Origin: Candidatus Fervidibacter canadensis
GTDB lineage: Bacteria > Armatimonadota > Fervidibacteria > Fervidibacterales > Fervidibacteraceae
Assembly: GCA_041446545.1 (NCBI GenBank)
Contig: JBGOEJ010000004.1
Span: 59,181-123,180, forward strand
Direction of reading: 5' to 3'
DNA: 64,000 nucleotides
Shown here piece by piece: positions 17,129 through 26,914 of the stretch; positions within the stretch are counted from its first letter, which is position 1; each line of letters starts with the position of its first letter. The notes beneath the pieces are model-generated. The model was given only the letters and a program-made list of their open reading frames with translations, did no database searches and had not been told where the DNA came from. The translations under genes were made by a program, and so were the position numbers.

Positions 17129-20029
17129 ATGCGCCGCTACGGATGGCTTGTGGCGCTTGCTGTCGTGTTGGGACTGTTTTTGGCGGGGCGGCAAATCGCT
17201 TGGCTGGTGACGGAGTGGGCATGGTTTCGGGAAGTCGGCTACACCTCCGTCTTTTGGGCGAGATTTTGGATGAGGTTAGGGGTTGGGGTGGCTGTCGGGT
17301 TGCTCTTTGCTTTTGCCATCGGGGTCAACTTGGTTTTGGCACAACGATGGACTTTCCAACGCCTTCGCCGTTTCTACCCGCCTGGCTGGATAGGGGCGTT
17401 GATGGTCTGGTTGGAGCAAGGTTTTCGGTTCACCCTTTTGGTCATCGTGGCGATGTTTGGTATCGTCAGCGGTTGGGCAGCGGCGAGGGAATGGGAGACG
17501 GTGTTGCGGTTTGTCTTCGGGGCAACCATCAAAACAGGCATCAATGACCCTTTGTTCGGCAAGGACATCAGTTTCTACCTGTTCGCTCTGCCTTTTTGGC
17601 GGTTCATTTACAACTACCTGTTTGCTGCCCTTTTGTTGGCGCTTGTTTTGACGGGGCTTTTTTATGCTTTTCACGCCGTCGCCGACATGGTGGTGGCAGG
17701 TCGTTACCCACCGACTTTGCGGGGGCAAGTGCGGGCTTTATTGCTGTCGGCGACGCCGATTGTCCGCGCCCATTTGCTCTTCCTTGTAGCATTGCTCCTC
17801 TTCGCCATCGCAGGTCATTTTCGGCTGAGCATGTTTGAGTTGCTTTACGGGCGCAGGGCAGGGGAAGTCGTTTGGGGGGCTGGCTACACCGATGTCCATC
17901 TTCGCTTGCCTGCTTTGTGGGTTTGCATGCTCGTTTTTTTGGCGGGCGGGCTGTTGATGCTTTGGAGCATCCGCGCCAGAGCCTCGCTAAGGGCAGGGAT
18001 TGTTCTCGGTGCGCTTTTTGTGACGGCGTGGTTGACCTTGACTTTTGTGCCAGCCCTCTTTCAACGCTATGTCGTCAAGCCCAATGAACTGGCGATGGAA
18101 AAGCCCTACATCGCCCACAACATCAGGATGACCCGTATCGCCTACGGTCTTCACAAGGTTCAGATGGACGCCTACCCATTTCACGGCGCTGTGACACCGG
18201 ACTTGATCGCCAACAACCGCACCCTTTTGGAGAGCGTTCGCCTTTGGGATTACCGTCCGCTTCAGGAGAACCTACGGCAAAACCAAGCCATCCGCACTTA
18301 CTACACTTTCGCCGATGTGGACATAGACAGGTATCGGGTGGGAGGGTCTTATCGGCAGGTGATGATAGCGGCGAGGGAGTTGGATATAGAGCAGTTGCGT
18401 CCCAGTTGGTTCAGCCGCCACTTTCTATGGACGCATGGCTTTGGCGTTGTCGTCGTCCCCGTCAACGAAGTGGAACGGGAAGGGATGCCTGTCCTTTGGG
18501 TGCGAGACATCCCACCTTTTAGCCAGTTCCGTGAGTTACAGGTGAAAGAACCTCGCATTTACTTTGGCGAGTTGACGAACGACTACATCGTCGTCCGAAC
18601 CCGTCAAAAGGAGTTTGACTACCCGACCAGCGGAAAACGGGGCGGGGGACGAGGGACGGGGGAAGGAAGCGAGACGATGGCTCGGACGACTTATCGGGGG
18701 CGAGGCGGTGTGCCGATTGGCAACCCGTTGATGCGCCTCGCCTTTGCCCTGCGTTTTGGGGAGGTCTCTTTAGCCCTCAACCGCGACATCCTGCCCGAAA
18801 GCCGCTTGCTTTTCCGCCGCCAAATTCACGAGCGTGTCAGAGCCATCGCTCCCTTTCTGCTCTTTGACAAAGACCCTTACATCGTCATCGCTGACGGACG
18901 CCTGTTTTGGATCATGGACGCCTACACCTACAGCGACCGCTTTCCCTACGCGGAGCCGACAGTGTGGGAGCAAACGGTGCTTTTCTCTGGCGGAGAAACA
19001 GTGGAGCGGGTTGACATCAATTACATCCGCAACTCTGTCAAGGTCGTCATTGACGCCTACCATGGGACGGTGAGGTTTTACCTCGCCGACCCGACCGACC
19101 CAATCGTTAGGGTATATGCCCGCATCTTTCCTTCCATGTTCCGTCCCCTTTCGGAAATGCCCAAGAGTTTACAGGCGCACTTGCGCTATCCCGCCAACTT
19201 GCTGCAACTGCAAGCGGAGCGATTGTTGCTTTACCACATCACTGACCCAGAGCAGTTTTATCAGCAGGAAGACAGGTGGGCAATCGCCCAAGAGGTTTAT
19301 GGCGAGGAGCGGCAACTGATAGAGCCCTACTATGTCATGATGCGCCTGCCTGGTGGTCGGGAGGGAGGACAAGCCTCTTCAGGGCGTCCCGTTGAATTTG
19401 CCCTTATTTTGCCCTTCACGCCTTACGGTGTGCCGGGCAAACAGGAGCGGCACAATTTAGTGGCATTGTTGATGGCACGATGTGACCCCCCCCACATCGG
19501 CGACTTGTTCATCCTGCGGATGCCGCCGGGTGAGCAAGTTTACGGACCTGCCCAAATTGAAGCCAGAATTGACAATGACGCCGAAATCTCCAAAGACTTG
19601 ACCCTTTGGCGGCAACGGGGCTCGGATGTCATTCGGGGAAACCTGCTCGTCATCCCTTTGGACGGTGCTTTGCTCTATGTAGAGCCGCTCTTTTTGGTCT
19701 CCACGCAAACACGGTTGCCCGAACTCAAACGGGTCATCGTCGCCGACCAACAGCGGGTCGTCATGGACGAGACATTGCCGAAAGCCTTGGCGCGCTTGCT
19801 CGGACGAACCGTTGCGCCGACTCCTTCCTTGCCGACCGATGAACACTTCGCCAACGCCGAATTGCGAGGGTTGGCGGAAGCGATGGAACGCACTTTGACG
19901 GAAGCGGAAACAAGCGCCCGACAAGGCGATTGGGCAAAGTTCGGCGAGCGCCTTCGCCAATTGCGTTCGCTCATCCAGCAACTGCAAGAGCGGTTAAAGG
20001 CTTCGACGCCTTCGCCAGCGACGAGGTGA
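17129..20029 (+). CDS. UPF0182-family large integral membrane protein
   Basis: About 966 aa with multiple N-terminal TM helices. EWAWFREVGYTSVFW start motif and a large C-terminal soluble part typical of UPF0182 (COG1615). Confidence 0.75.
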   Translation: MRRYGWLVALAVVLGLFLAGRQIAWLVTEWAWFREVGYTSVFWARFWMRLGVGVAVGLLFAFAIGVNLVLAQRWTFQRLRRFYPPGWIGALMVWLEQGFRFTLLVIVAMFGIVSGWAAAREWETVLRFVFGATIKTGINDPLFGKDISFYLFALPFWRFIYNYLFAALLLALVLTGLFYAFHAVADMVVAGRYPPTLRGQVRALLLSATPIVRAHLLFLVALLLFAIAGHFRLSMFELLYGRRAGEVVWGAGYTDVHLRLPALWVCMLVFLAGGLLMLWSIRARASLRAGIVLGALFVTAWLTLTFVPALFQRYVVKPNELAMEKPYIAHNIRMTRIAYGLHKVQMDAYPFHGAVTPDLIANNRTLLESVRLWDYRPLQENLRQNQAIRTYYTFADVDIDRYRVGGSYRQVMIAARELDIEQLRPSWFSRHFLWTHGFGVVVVPVNEVEREGMPVLWVRDIPPFSQFRELQVKEPRIYFGELTNDYIVVRTRQKEFDYPTSGKRGGGRGTGEGSETMARTTYRGRGGVPIGNPLMRLAFALRFGEVSLALNRDILPESRLLFRRQIHERVRAIAPFLLFDKDPYIVIADGRLFWIMDAYTYSDRFPYAEPTVWEQTVLFSGGETVERVDINYIRNSVKVVIDAYHGTVRFYLADPTDPIVRVYARIFPSMFRPLSEMPKSLQAHLRYPANLLQLQAERLLLYHITDPEQFYQQEDRWAIAQEVYGEERQLIEPYYVMMRLPGGREGGQASSGRPVEFALILPFTPYGVPGKQERHNLVALLMARCDPPHIGDLFILRMPPGEQVYGPAQIEARIDNDAEISKDLTLWRQRGSDVIRGNLLVIPLDGALLYVEPLFLVSTQTRLPELKRVIVADQQRVVMDETLPKALARLLGRTVAPTPSLPTDEHFANAELRGLAEAMERTLTEAETSARQGDWAKFGERLRQLRSLIQQLQERLKASTPSPATR

Positions 20030-20035
20030 GCGAGG

Positions 20036-21157
20036 ATGTTTTGGCGACGCCACCGTCCTGCTGACACACCACCACCGGTTGACCTTTCGCCCAGAGAACG
20101 GGTCTGGCGGGCGTTGAGGCGCCAACCCCTTGACCGAGTGCCGTGCGTAGACTGCTACTTCTTGCCCGAAACCCTTCAGCAATGGCAACGGGAAGGTTAC
20201 CCGAGCGATGTCGCTCCCGCCGACTTTTTTGACTTGGACTTGGTTTGCCTGCCCGTTGATTGCACGATGGGTTGGCGGGAGGAAGTGATAGACGAGACGG
20301 ACGAGTATCGCATCGTCGTGGAAGCCGATGGTGTCACCCGAAAGCGTTGGAAGGTTTATCACGCTCAACCGCAGGAACTGGATTTCCCTGTCAAACAAAT
20401 GCGCGATTGGCGGCAAATCCGTCCCGCCTTGAAAGCCCACGAGGGACGGTTGCCCGACGATTTGCCTGAGCGCGTTGCCCACGCCCAAAAACACCATCGC
20501 TTCATCGCCCTGTCCTTCGTGGAGCCGTGCACTTTGGTGCGTCGGTTGCTCGGCAGCCGTCAATGGGTGGAAGCCTTTCAAACCCAGCCACCTTTGCTGG
20601 ACGAAATCTTGGAGACGGGCGTTCGGCTCATCATAGAGACAGTGGATTTGTCGCTCAAAGCGTTGTCCTCGTTCCAATTGGACGGCGTTTGGTTGCACGC
20701 TGACTTGGCTTACACGCATGGGGCGTTTCTGACGGAGGGAGATTATCGGCGCATCCTCTTGCCTTATCATCGGCAACTAACGAGGGAGTTGCATCGGCGG
20801 GGGCTTGCGGTGCTCCTTTACACGCAAGGCAAAGTAGACCTTTTTGTCAAGATGGCTCAAAAGAGCGGGATAGACGCCGTTTTGCCGCTGGAAACTTTCA
20901 GCCAAAATGACCTTGCCGCCTACAAGGAAACTTTCGGTCAAAAGGTGACGCTGGGCGGCGGCGTTTCTGCGGATCGGTTGATGGAAAGCGATGAAGCCGC
21001 CGAAGAAGAGGTGCGCACCAAAGTGGCTTTGGGGATGGGGGCATCGGCGACGGGCTACTTGTTCTGCCTTGATCGTCCCGTCCCGCCTTTCATCCCTTTT
21101 CAACGCTACCAACGCCTTTTAGAGTTGGCGCGCACCTTGAGCAAAAAGGGCGTGTGA
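20036..21157 (+). CDS. Uroporphyrinogen-decarboxylase (URO-D)-like family protein, function uncertain
   Basis: N-terminal RERVWRALRRQPLDRVP and overall TIM-barrel-like pattern resemble URO-D/MtaA-like proteins. Weak by-eye call. Confidence 0.5.
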   Translation: MFWRRHRPADTPPPVDLSPRERVWRALRRQPLDRVPCVDCYFLPETLQQWQREGYPSDVAPADFFDLDLVCLPVDCTMGWREEVIDETDEYRIVVEADGVTRKRWKVYHAQPQELDFPVKQMRDWRQIRPALKAHEGRLPDDLPERVAHAQKHHRFIALSFVEPCTLVRRLLGSRQWVEAFQTQPPLLDEILETGVRLIIETVDLSLKALSSFQLDGVWLHADLAYTHGAFLTEGDYRRILLPYHRQLTRELHRRGLAVLLYTQGKVDLFVKMAQKSGIDAVLPLETFSQNDLAAYKETFGQKVTLGGGVSADRLMESDEAAEEEVRTKVALGMGASATGYLFCLDRPVPPFIPFQRYQRLLELARTLSKKGV

Positions 21158-21195
21158 AGGGCGGAAACCGACGGCAAGACGGGAGGTGTTTGGTG

Positions 21196-22158
21196 ATGGC
21201 GTTGAGGGTGGCGGTCATCGGCGTGCGCGGTGTCGGGAAGTTTCATGCCCAGTGGTTCGCCCATGAAGGGGCGCAGGTCGTCGCCTTCGTCGCTTCCCGT
21301 CCTGAAACCCTCCATGCGAACGAAACCGCTCTGCGCCAAGTCGTTCCCGACTTTGCTGGGCGCGGTTATGCCGATGTGGCGGAGATGCTTCAAAGGGAAC
21401 GCCCCGATGCCGTCAGCGTCTGTTCCCCTCATCACCTACACGCTGAGCACGCTTTGTTAGCCCTTCGGCACGGGGCGCATGTGTTGTGCGAAAAGCCGTT
21501 GGTGTGGCTGGGCGAAGACCGCATGAAGGAAGCCCTTGAATTGTCGCGACAAGTAGTCGCCGAAGCAAAGCGGCTTGGACGGCAATTTGCCATCAACACG
21601 CAATATGTCGCTGCCGCCCCCCACCTTCGGGCGCTTTTGGGACAACGGTTTTCGTCCCTCCCTCCTTCGGTGCGTTTGACGATGGAGGCGCGAATGAGGG
21701 AGCGCGACTTTAGCGGCGTCGGTTTGTGGGTGGACTTGTCGCCCCATCCCATCAGTCTGCTCCTCGCTCTTTTCCCTGATGCGGAAGTAGAGACAGAGAC
21801 AGCCACTTTTGACGAAAGCATCAATGCTTTGACGGCTCACTTTTCCCTCCGCCTCTTAAGCGGCGAAGAGTTGCCCGTGACCCTTCGGGTTGCCCGACTG
21901 GAGGGAGCATGGGAGCGGAGCATCGCATGGGGCGATTGGCTCGTCCGCTTTGAACCTTTTCGGGATGAACAAGGCATCTTCCACACCCGCCTTCGCTTTG
22001 ACGATGGCGAACGCATCGTGGACGATTTCATGCGGGTCTCCATCCGCCGCTTTATCCAAGCCGTAGAGGGCAAAGGCGAACCCCTTTGCGATGGGGCGAT
22101 GGCGCTGCGGCAAATGGAGTGGCTCATCGCCTTGTTGCGCTGCTACCTGAGGCAATAA
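21196..22158 (+). CDS. Gfo/Idh/MocA-family NAD(P)-dependent oxidoreductase
   Basis: LRVAVIGVRGVGKFHAQ Rossmann motif; EKP motif (VLCEKPL). SD GGGAGGTG precedes ATG 21196. Confidence 0.8.
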   Translation: MALRVAVIGVRGVGKFHAQWFAHEGAQVVAFVASRPETLHANETALRQVVPDFAGRGYADVAEMLQRERPDAVSVCSPHHLHAEHALLALRHGAHVLCEKPLVWLGEDRMKEALELSRQVVAEAKRLGRQFAINTQYVAAAPHLRALLGQRFSSLPPSVRLTMEARMRERDFSGVGLWVDLSPHPISLLLALFPDAEVETETATFDESINALTAHFSLRLLSGEELPVTLRVARLEGAWERSIAWGDWLVRFEPFRDEQGIFHTRLRFDDGERIVDDFMRVSIRRFIQAVEGKGEPLCDGAMALRQMEWLIALLRCYLRQ

Positions 22159-22195
22159 CTCATCGGAGCGGCTGAAAGCCGCGAAAGGAGCGACT

Positions 22196-23080
22196 ATGGC
22201 GGTCAAACTCGTCCTTGATACCGACATCGGCGACAATGTGGACGATGCCTTTGCGTTGACCTTGGCGGCGCGATTGCCCGAAGCGGAGTTGCTGGGCATC
22301 GTGACCGTCGGCAGCGCCCCGACTTTGCGGGCGCAATTGGCGCGCAAGGTTTTGGGCGCTTGTGGGCGGGTGACGGTGCCGGTCGCCGCAGGTTCTGCCC
22401 AACCGTTGGTCGCCGAACCCTTGCGCCATTTTCCTGATCAAGCCGCTGTGTTGGAAACGATTGACCGCGTCTTCGTCCCACCCGCCGATGGCGTGGATTT
22501 TTTGCGGACGGTCATCCGACAAAATCCCACCGAACTCACGGTCGTCACGCTGGGCATGCTGACCAATGTGGCGTTGGCTTTCCGCATGGAGCCGGGGCTG
22601 ACGAGGTTGGTCAAAAAGGTCGTGATGATGGCGGGGGCGACGGGTTTGCCTTATGCCGAGACAAATGCCCGCAGAGACCCTGAAGCCCTCCACATCGTCG
22701 TCAGCAGCCCCGCCCCTTTCACCCTCGTCACCAAAGACATCACCCAACATGCCGTCATGCCTGAAGAGATGTTGGAGCGATTGCGCACCCACGAGAGCCC
22801 TTGGTGTCAATTGCTTTGGCAGTTGACGACGCTTTGGCAGCGCAGCACGGGCGCTGTGTTGCCCGTCTTAAACGACCCCCTTGCTGTCGCCATCGCTCTC
22901 TTCCCCGATTTGGCGGAAACGGAGCGGGTGCGGGTGGAAGTGGAATTGCGAGGCGAACAAACCAAAGGCTGCACTGTCATCACCGCTGACCCGACAGGCA
23001 ATGGCGAAGTCATTAAAAGCGTGGACTGGCAACGCTTCTGGGCGCTGATGGAGCAAGCCTTGTTCAAAACGGACGCATAA
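22196..23080 (+). CDS. Nucleoside hydrolase (IUNH family)
   Basis: N-terminal LVLDTDIGDNVDDAFAL aspartate cluster signature. Confidence 0.85.
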   Translation: MAVKLVLDTDIGDNVDDAFALTLAARLPEAELLGIVTVGSAPTLRAQLARKVLGACGRVTVPVAAGSAQPLVAEPLRHFPDQAAVLETIDRVFVPPADGVDFLRTVIRQNPTELTVVTLGMLTNVALAFRMEPGLTRLVKKVVMMAGATGLPYAETNARRDPEALHIVVSSPAPFTLVTKDITQHAVMPEEMLERLRTHESPWCQLLWQLTTLWQRSTGAVLPVLNDPLAVAIALFPDLAETERVRVEVELRGEQTKGCTVITADPTGNGEVIKSVDWQRFWALMEQALFKTDA

Positions 23081-23090
23081 CTTCGCCTTC

Positions 23091-24233
23091 TCAAACGCCT
23101 CCCTCGTCCCCAATCAAGTGTTCCAACACTTTTTGTGCCAGCAAAACTTGCTCAATGGCGACCCACTCTTCTGCGGCGTGGGCTTGCTCAATGCTGCCAG
23201 GACCGAAGACGCAAGCAGGGATGTTCGCCCGCACCAATTCGCTGGCATCGGTCGTGTAACGGACACCGCCCAAGGTTAACGGGCAGTAAGCCCGCTCCCC
23301 CGCTTCCTTCAACCGCAACACGGGCAAACTGTCGGCGGGCAACTCCATGCCCCAATGCATCAACAAAGGTGGCGGGATTTCTATCGGCAACCCTTGCAAT
23401 TCGGGTTGGCTCAAAAGGAAAAGGCGCAATTCATCCCATGCGCTCAGCGGATCTTCCTGAGGCAAGGTTCGGCGGTCTATGCCGATGGCGCAATGGTCAG
23501 GCACCAAATTCAACCCCCGTCCGCCTTGAATGGTGGCGACCGTGAGAGTTGGGCTGCCGACGAGAGGATGATGGCGCATCCGCAGTTCTGCATCGTAACG
23601 CTCCAGCGCCAAAAGGACTTTCGCCATGATGCCGATAGCGTTCACACCCCGTTCGGGATGGGACGAATGAGCGCTAACGCCTTTGGTGACGATGTAGCCA
23701 CGCACAATGCCTTTGTGGGCGTGAACGATGCGCAGGTCGGTCGGCTCGCCGACGACGGCGTAATCGGTGCGGAAACCGTCGGCGATTAGTTTTCGGATGC
23801 CCAAAACGGCATTCTCTTCGTCCACTGTCGCTGCCAACCAAACGGTGCGCGGTGGCGTTCCCTTTCGGGCGACTTCTATCAACGCTTGCAGCATCGCCGC
23901 CAAACTTGCCTTCGTGTCGCATGCCCCTCGCCCGAACACGCGGTTGTCTTTCACTTGCGGGTCAAAGGGTGGGATGGTCATCCCTTCCGCCGTCACCGTG
24001 TCCATGTGGGCTTCCAACAGAACGGTCTCGTTGCCCTGCCCGACGATGCCGATAAGCACATTGTCCCGCCCATCGGCGACAGGTTGTCGCTGCACTTCCA
24101 AGCCTGCCTTGCGGGCGTGGGTTTCTAAAAAATCGGCGATTGCCCCTTCTCCCGTCCCGTCGGCGAAACAGGGGTTGACGCTGGGAATGGCGATCAGGTC
24201 GCAGAGCAAACGGATGACGGGTTCCATGCTCAA
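23091..24233 (-). CDS. M20-family metallopeptidase (ArgE/DapE-type deacylase)
   Basis: LIAIPSVNP, LLEAHMDTV, GRGACDTK and VDEE motifs. Confidence 0.85.
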   Translation of the reverse strand: MSMEPVIRLLCDLIAIPSVNPCFADGTGEGAIADFLETHARKAGLEVQRQPVADGRDNVLIGIVGQGNETVLLEAHMDTVTAEGMTIPPFDPQVKDNRVFGRGACDTKASLAAMLQALIEVARKGTPPRTVWLAATVDEENAVLGIRKLIADGFRTDYAVVGEPTDLRIVHAHKGIVRGYIVTKGVSAHSSHPERGVNAIGIMAKVLLALERYDAELRMRHHPLVGSPTLTVATIQGGRGLNLVPDHCAIGIDRRTLPQEDPLSAWDELRLFLLSQPELQGLPIEIPPPLLMHWGMELPADSLPVLRLKEAGERAYCPLTLGGVRYTTDASELVRANIPACVFGPGSIEQAHAAEEWVAIEQVLLAQKVLEHLIGDEGGV

Positions 24234-24251
24234 GTCACTCCATCGGATCGG

Positions 24252-24629
24252 TCAAAGGGTGGCGATGCACTCCACTTCCACTTGGAAGCCGCCGGGCGGT
24301 TGAGCCTGAATGGTCGTGCGGGCGGGGTAGGGCTGAGGGAAAAACTCGCGGTAAATCTCGTTGAGTTTCGGGAAGTTGCTCATGTCGGCGAGGAAGACGG
24401 TGACCTTGACGACTTTGTCCAATCCACTGCCCGCAGCCTCCAAGATGGCTTTCAAGTTGCTCAGCGTCAGGCGCAGTTCGTCTTCAAAAGTGCCGTGCAC
24501 AGGGTCGCCCGTTTGAGGGTCAATGGCGACCTGTCCCGAGACAAAGACGAACCCGTTAGCGACGATGGCTTGCGAATAAGGCGCTTTCGGTGTCGGCGCC
24601 TTCGGTGTGAAGACGGCTTGCTTGCTCAT
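24252..24629 (-). CDS. ridA: RidA/YjgF-family reactive-intermediate deaminase
   Basis: PKAPYSQAIVANGFVFVSGQVAIDPQTG and C-terminal ARTTIQ...VEVECIA. SD GGAGGTG precedes ATG 24629. Confidence 0.9.
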   Translation of the reverse strand: MSKQAVFTPKAPTPKAPYSQAIVANGFVFVSGQVAIDPQTGDPVHGTFEDELRLTLSNLKAILEAAGSGLDKVVKVTVFLADMSNFPKLNEIYREFFPQPYPARTTIQAQPPGGFQVEVECIATL

Positions 24630-24710
24630 TCCCCTTTCACCTCCGTGCCCATTTGATAAGCCGCTCAAAGGTTAACACGAAAGGCAAGTTCACCGTTAGG
24701 CGAAGGGTTT

Positions 24711-24740
24711 TTGTCAAACGAGACGGGAGACGGGTAGAGT
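24711..24740 (+). promoter_or_regulatory. Candidate promoter for the helicase gene
   Basis: -35 TTGTCA (24711-24716), 18-nt spacer, -10 TAGAGT (24735-24740). Confidence 0.25.
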
Positions 24741-24801
24741 GTTGCGATGACTGGCAAACTTGTTGGGAGACGACGGAAGAGAAACGATGGAGGGCGAAAG
24801 G

Positions 24802-26874
24802 ATGGCACGAAAGCATCGGTCGCCGGTGAACCCGACGGTCACTGCCCCGCGTTTTTTGGCAGGACGGGATGTCCGCCAATGGGTGCGGGAGTTTTTGGAA
24901 GGGATGGGCGAACCCGAACCTCAGCCCTTCACGCCGTCCGATTTTCAATTGGCTGCCCTTCAAGCCGTCATGGAACGAGACACCCTCGTCGTCGCCCCGA
25001 CGGGCAGCGGCAAAACTTGGATCGCCGAACAAGCCATCGCCCACTTCGTCGCCGAAGGGCGACGCTGTTGGTATACGACCCCGTTGAAGGCATTGAGCAA
25101 CCAGAAATACGATGCCTTCCGTGAGTTGTTTGGCGAGCACCAAGTCGGATTGTTGACCGGCGAGCGGCGGGAGAATTCGCAGGCGCCCATCATCGTGGCG
25201 ACGACGGAAGTGCTGCGCAACCTGCTCTATGCGGCGCCGACGGTCGGTGAAGTCGCCGCCGACTTGATTGTTTTGGACGAAGCCCATTACCTTGCCGACC
25301 CAGAACGGGGTGTGACTTGGGAAGAGGTCATCATTTTGGCGCCCCCTGAAAGTCGCTTGTTGCTGCTGTCGGCGACCATCGCCAATGCCGATGAGTTGGC
25401 GGGTTGGATGAAAGAGGTGCGAGGGCAAGAGATAGCGCTCATTTGGGTGGACAGCAAAGCCCGTCCCGTCCCCCTTCGCTACGGCTTTTTAGACCGCTTC
25501 GGTCGCCCCTTGCCCTTGGAAATCGCCAAGATGTTGCCTGAGCGGGCGTTGCGTCGGCTGCTTTGGCAGCGCGTCCATCCCGTTGATTTGGTGCAGCGGC
25601 TGAGGGAGCGGAATTTGTTGCCCGCCATCCTCTTCCTTCCCCGCCGACGCGATTGTGACGAGGCGGTGCGAGCCTTCCGCCACTTCAAGATGCCTGAAGG
25701 TCGTGAGGAACGGGAAGCGATGTTCGCTCAACTGGCACAACTGTTCCCACGCCTTTGGGAGCACCCGATGGCGCGCTATTTGATTGAGGCAGGCGTTGCG
25801 CCCCACCATGCAGGGCACTTGACAGCATGGAAAATTTGTGTGGAGCGGATGCTAAGGGCGGGTTTAGTGCGAGCCGTCTTTGCCACGACGACCTTAGCGG
25901 CAGGTTTGGATGTTCCCGCCCGAACGGTTGTCCTACCGACTTTGCGGGTGCGAGACGAAAAGGGTGAGCGAATGCTCACAGCGTTAGAGTTCCATCAAAT
26001 GACGGGACGGGCAGGACGGCGAGGCAAAGATAAAGTCGGCTTCGTCCTCGTCCTCCCCCGCCACCCTCGCGACTTTGAGGTAGCAAGGGAGTTGGCGGCA
26101 AGCGAACCAGAGGATTTGAGGTCGGCGTTTCGTGTGCAGTATTACCAAGTCCTCAACTTGCTGGCGCATCATGGCTTTGAGGCGGCGTTGACGATTGTGG
26201 ACAAAAGTTTCGCCGTCTATCAAATGGCGCGACGCAGCCACCGACGAGCGCGGGCTGTCCGTCAAGAACTGCGCACGGAGTTCAAACGGCGGGCGGAATT
26301 GCTTCAAGAGTTGGGCTACTTGACGGAGGATTGGAGACCGACGGTCATCGGCGAGTGGGCGTTGCTCATCCGTCACGAGCGGTCGCTGTTCATCGTGGAA
26401 GCCATCCGACAGGGCTTGATGGACACCTTGACGCCTGAGGAGGTTGCCGCATGGGCAGCCGCCTTCACGACGGAACGGTCGCCCCGCTTCCCTGTCGCCC
26501 GCGTCAACTTGGAGCCCCTTTGGTGGCTCGCTTATGAGTTGGAAGAGTTGGAAGAGCGCCACAAACTGCCCCCGTCAAAGTTCACCGACGAACTGGAGGG
26601 CGAGCAATGGAGTGATGCCCATCGGCGCGCCGCCGCCGCTTTCCGATGGGCAGAAGGCAAATGGGATTGGACGGTGTTGGTGCAACGCAGTGGGAGCGAG
26701 GAGGGCGATTTGCAACGGTTGATGCTTCAGACAGCGGAGTTATTGCGGCAACTGGAAGACTTGCCCTTGCCCGTCGCCCAACGGGCACGGATGGCGCGCT
26801 TGATGCTGCTGCGCGAGCCTGTCGTGGAAACTTTTGCGCTCCCCACCCCAAGCGATAGCGACACCACCAATTGA
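24802..26874 (+). CDS. Ski2/HelY-like DEAD/DEAH-box superfamily-2 helicase
   Basis: APTGSGKT (motif I), LDEAHYL (motif II), SAT, TTTLAAGLDVPA and MTGRAGRRG (motif VI). Start is ATG 24802 (after GGAGGG) or ATG 24787. Confidence 0.85.
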   Translation: MARKHRSPVNPTVTAPRFLAGRDVRQWVREFLEGMGEPEPQPFTPSDFQLAALQAVMERDTLVVAPTGSGKTWIAEQAIAHFVAEGRRCWYTTPLKALSNQKYDAFRELFGEHQVGLLTGERRENSQAPIIVATTEVLRNLLYAAPTVGEVAADLIVLDEAHYLADPERGVTWEEVIILAPPESRLLLLSATIANADELAGWMKEVRGQEIALIWVDSKARPVPLRYGFLDRFGRPLPLEIAKMLPERALRRLLWQRVHPVDLVQRLRERNLLPAILFLPRRRDCDEAVRAFRHFKMPEGREEREAMFAQLAQLFPRLWEHPMARYLIEAGVAPHHAGHLTAWKICVERMLRAGLVRAVFATTTLAAGLDVPARTVVLPTLRVRDEKGERMLTALEFHQMTGRAGRRGKDKVGFVLVLPRHPRDFEVARELAASEPEDLRSAFRVQYYQVLNLLAHHGFEAALTIVDKSFAVYQMARRSHRRARAVRQELRTEFKRRAELLQELGYLTEDWRPTVIGEWALLIRHERSLFIVEAIRQGLMDTLTPEEVAAWAAAFTTERSPRFPVARVNLEPLWWLAYELEELEERHKLPPSKFTDELEGEQWSDAHRRAAAAFRWAEGKWDWTVLVQRSGSEEGDLQRLMLQTAELLRQLEDLPLPVAQRARMARLMLLREPVVETFALPTPSDSDTTN

Positions 26875-26914
26875 TGGGACGCGGTTAAAACCTTGTCGCT
26901 TTTCTGTCCCACGC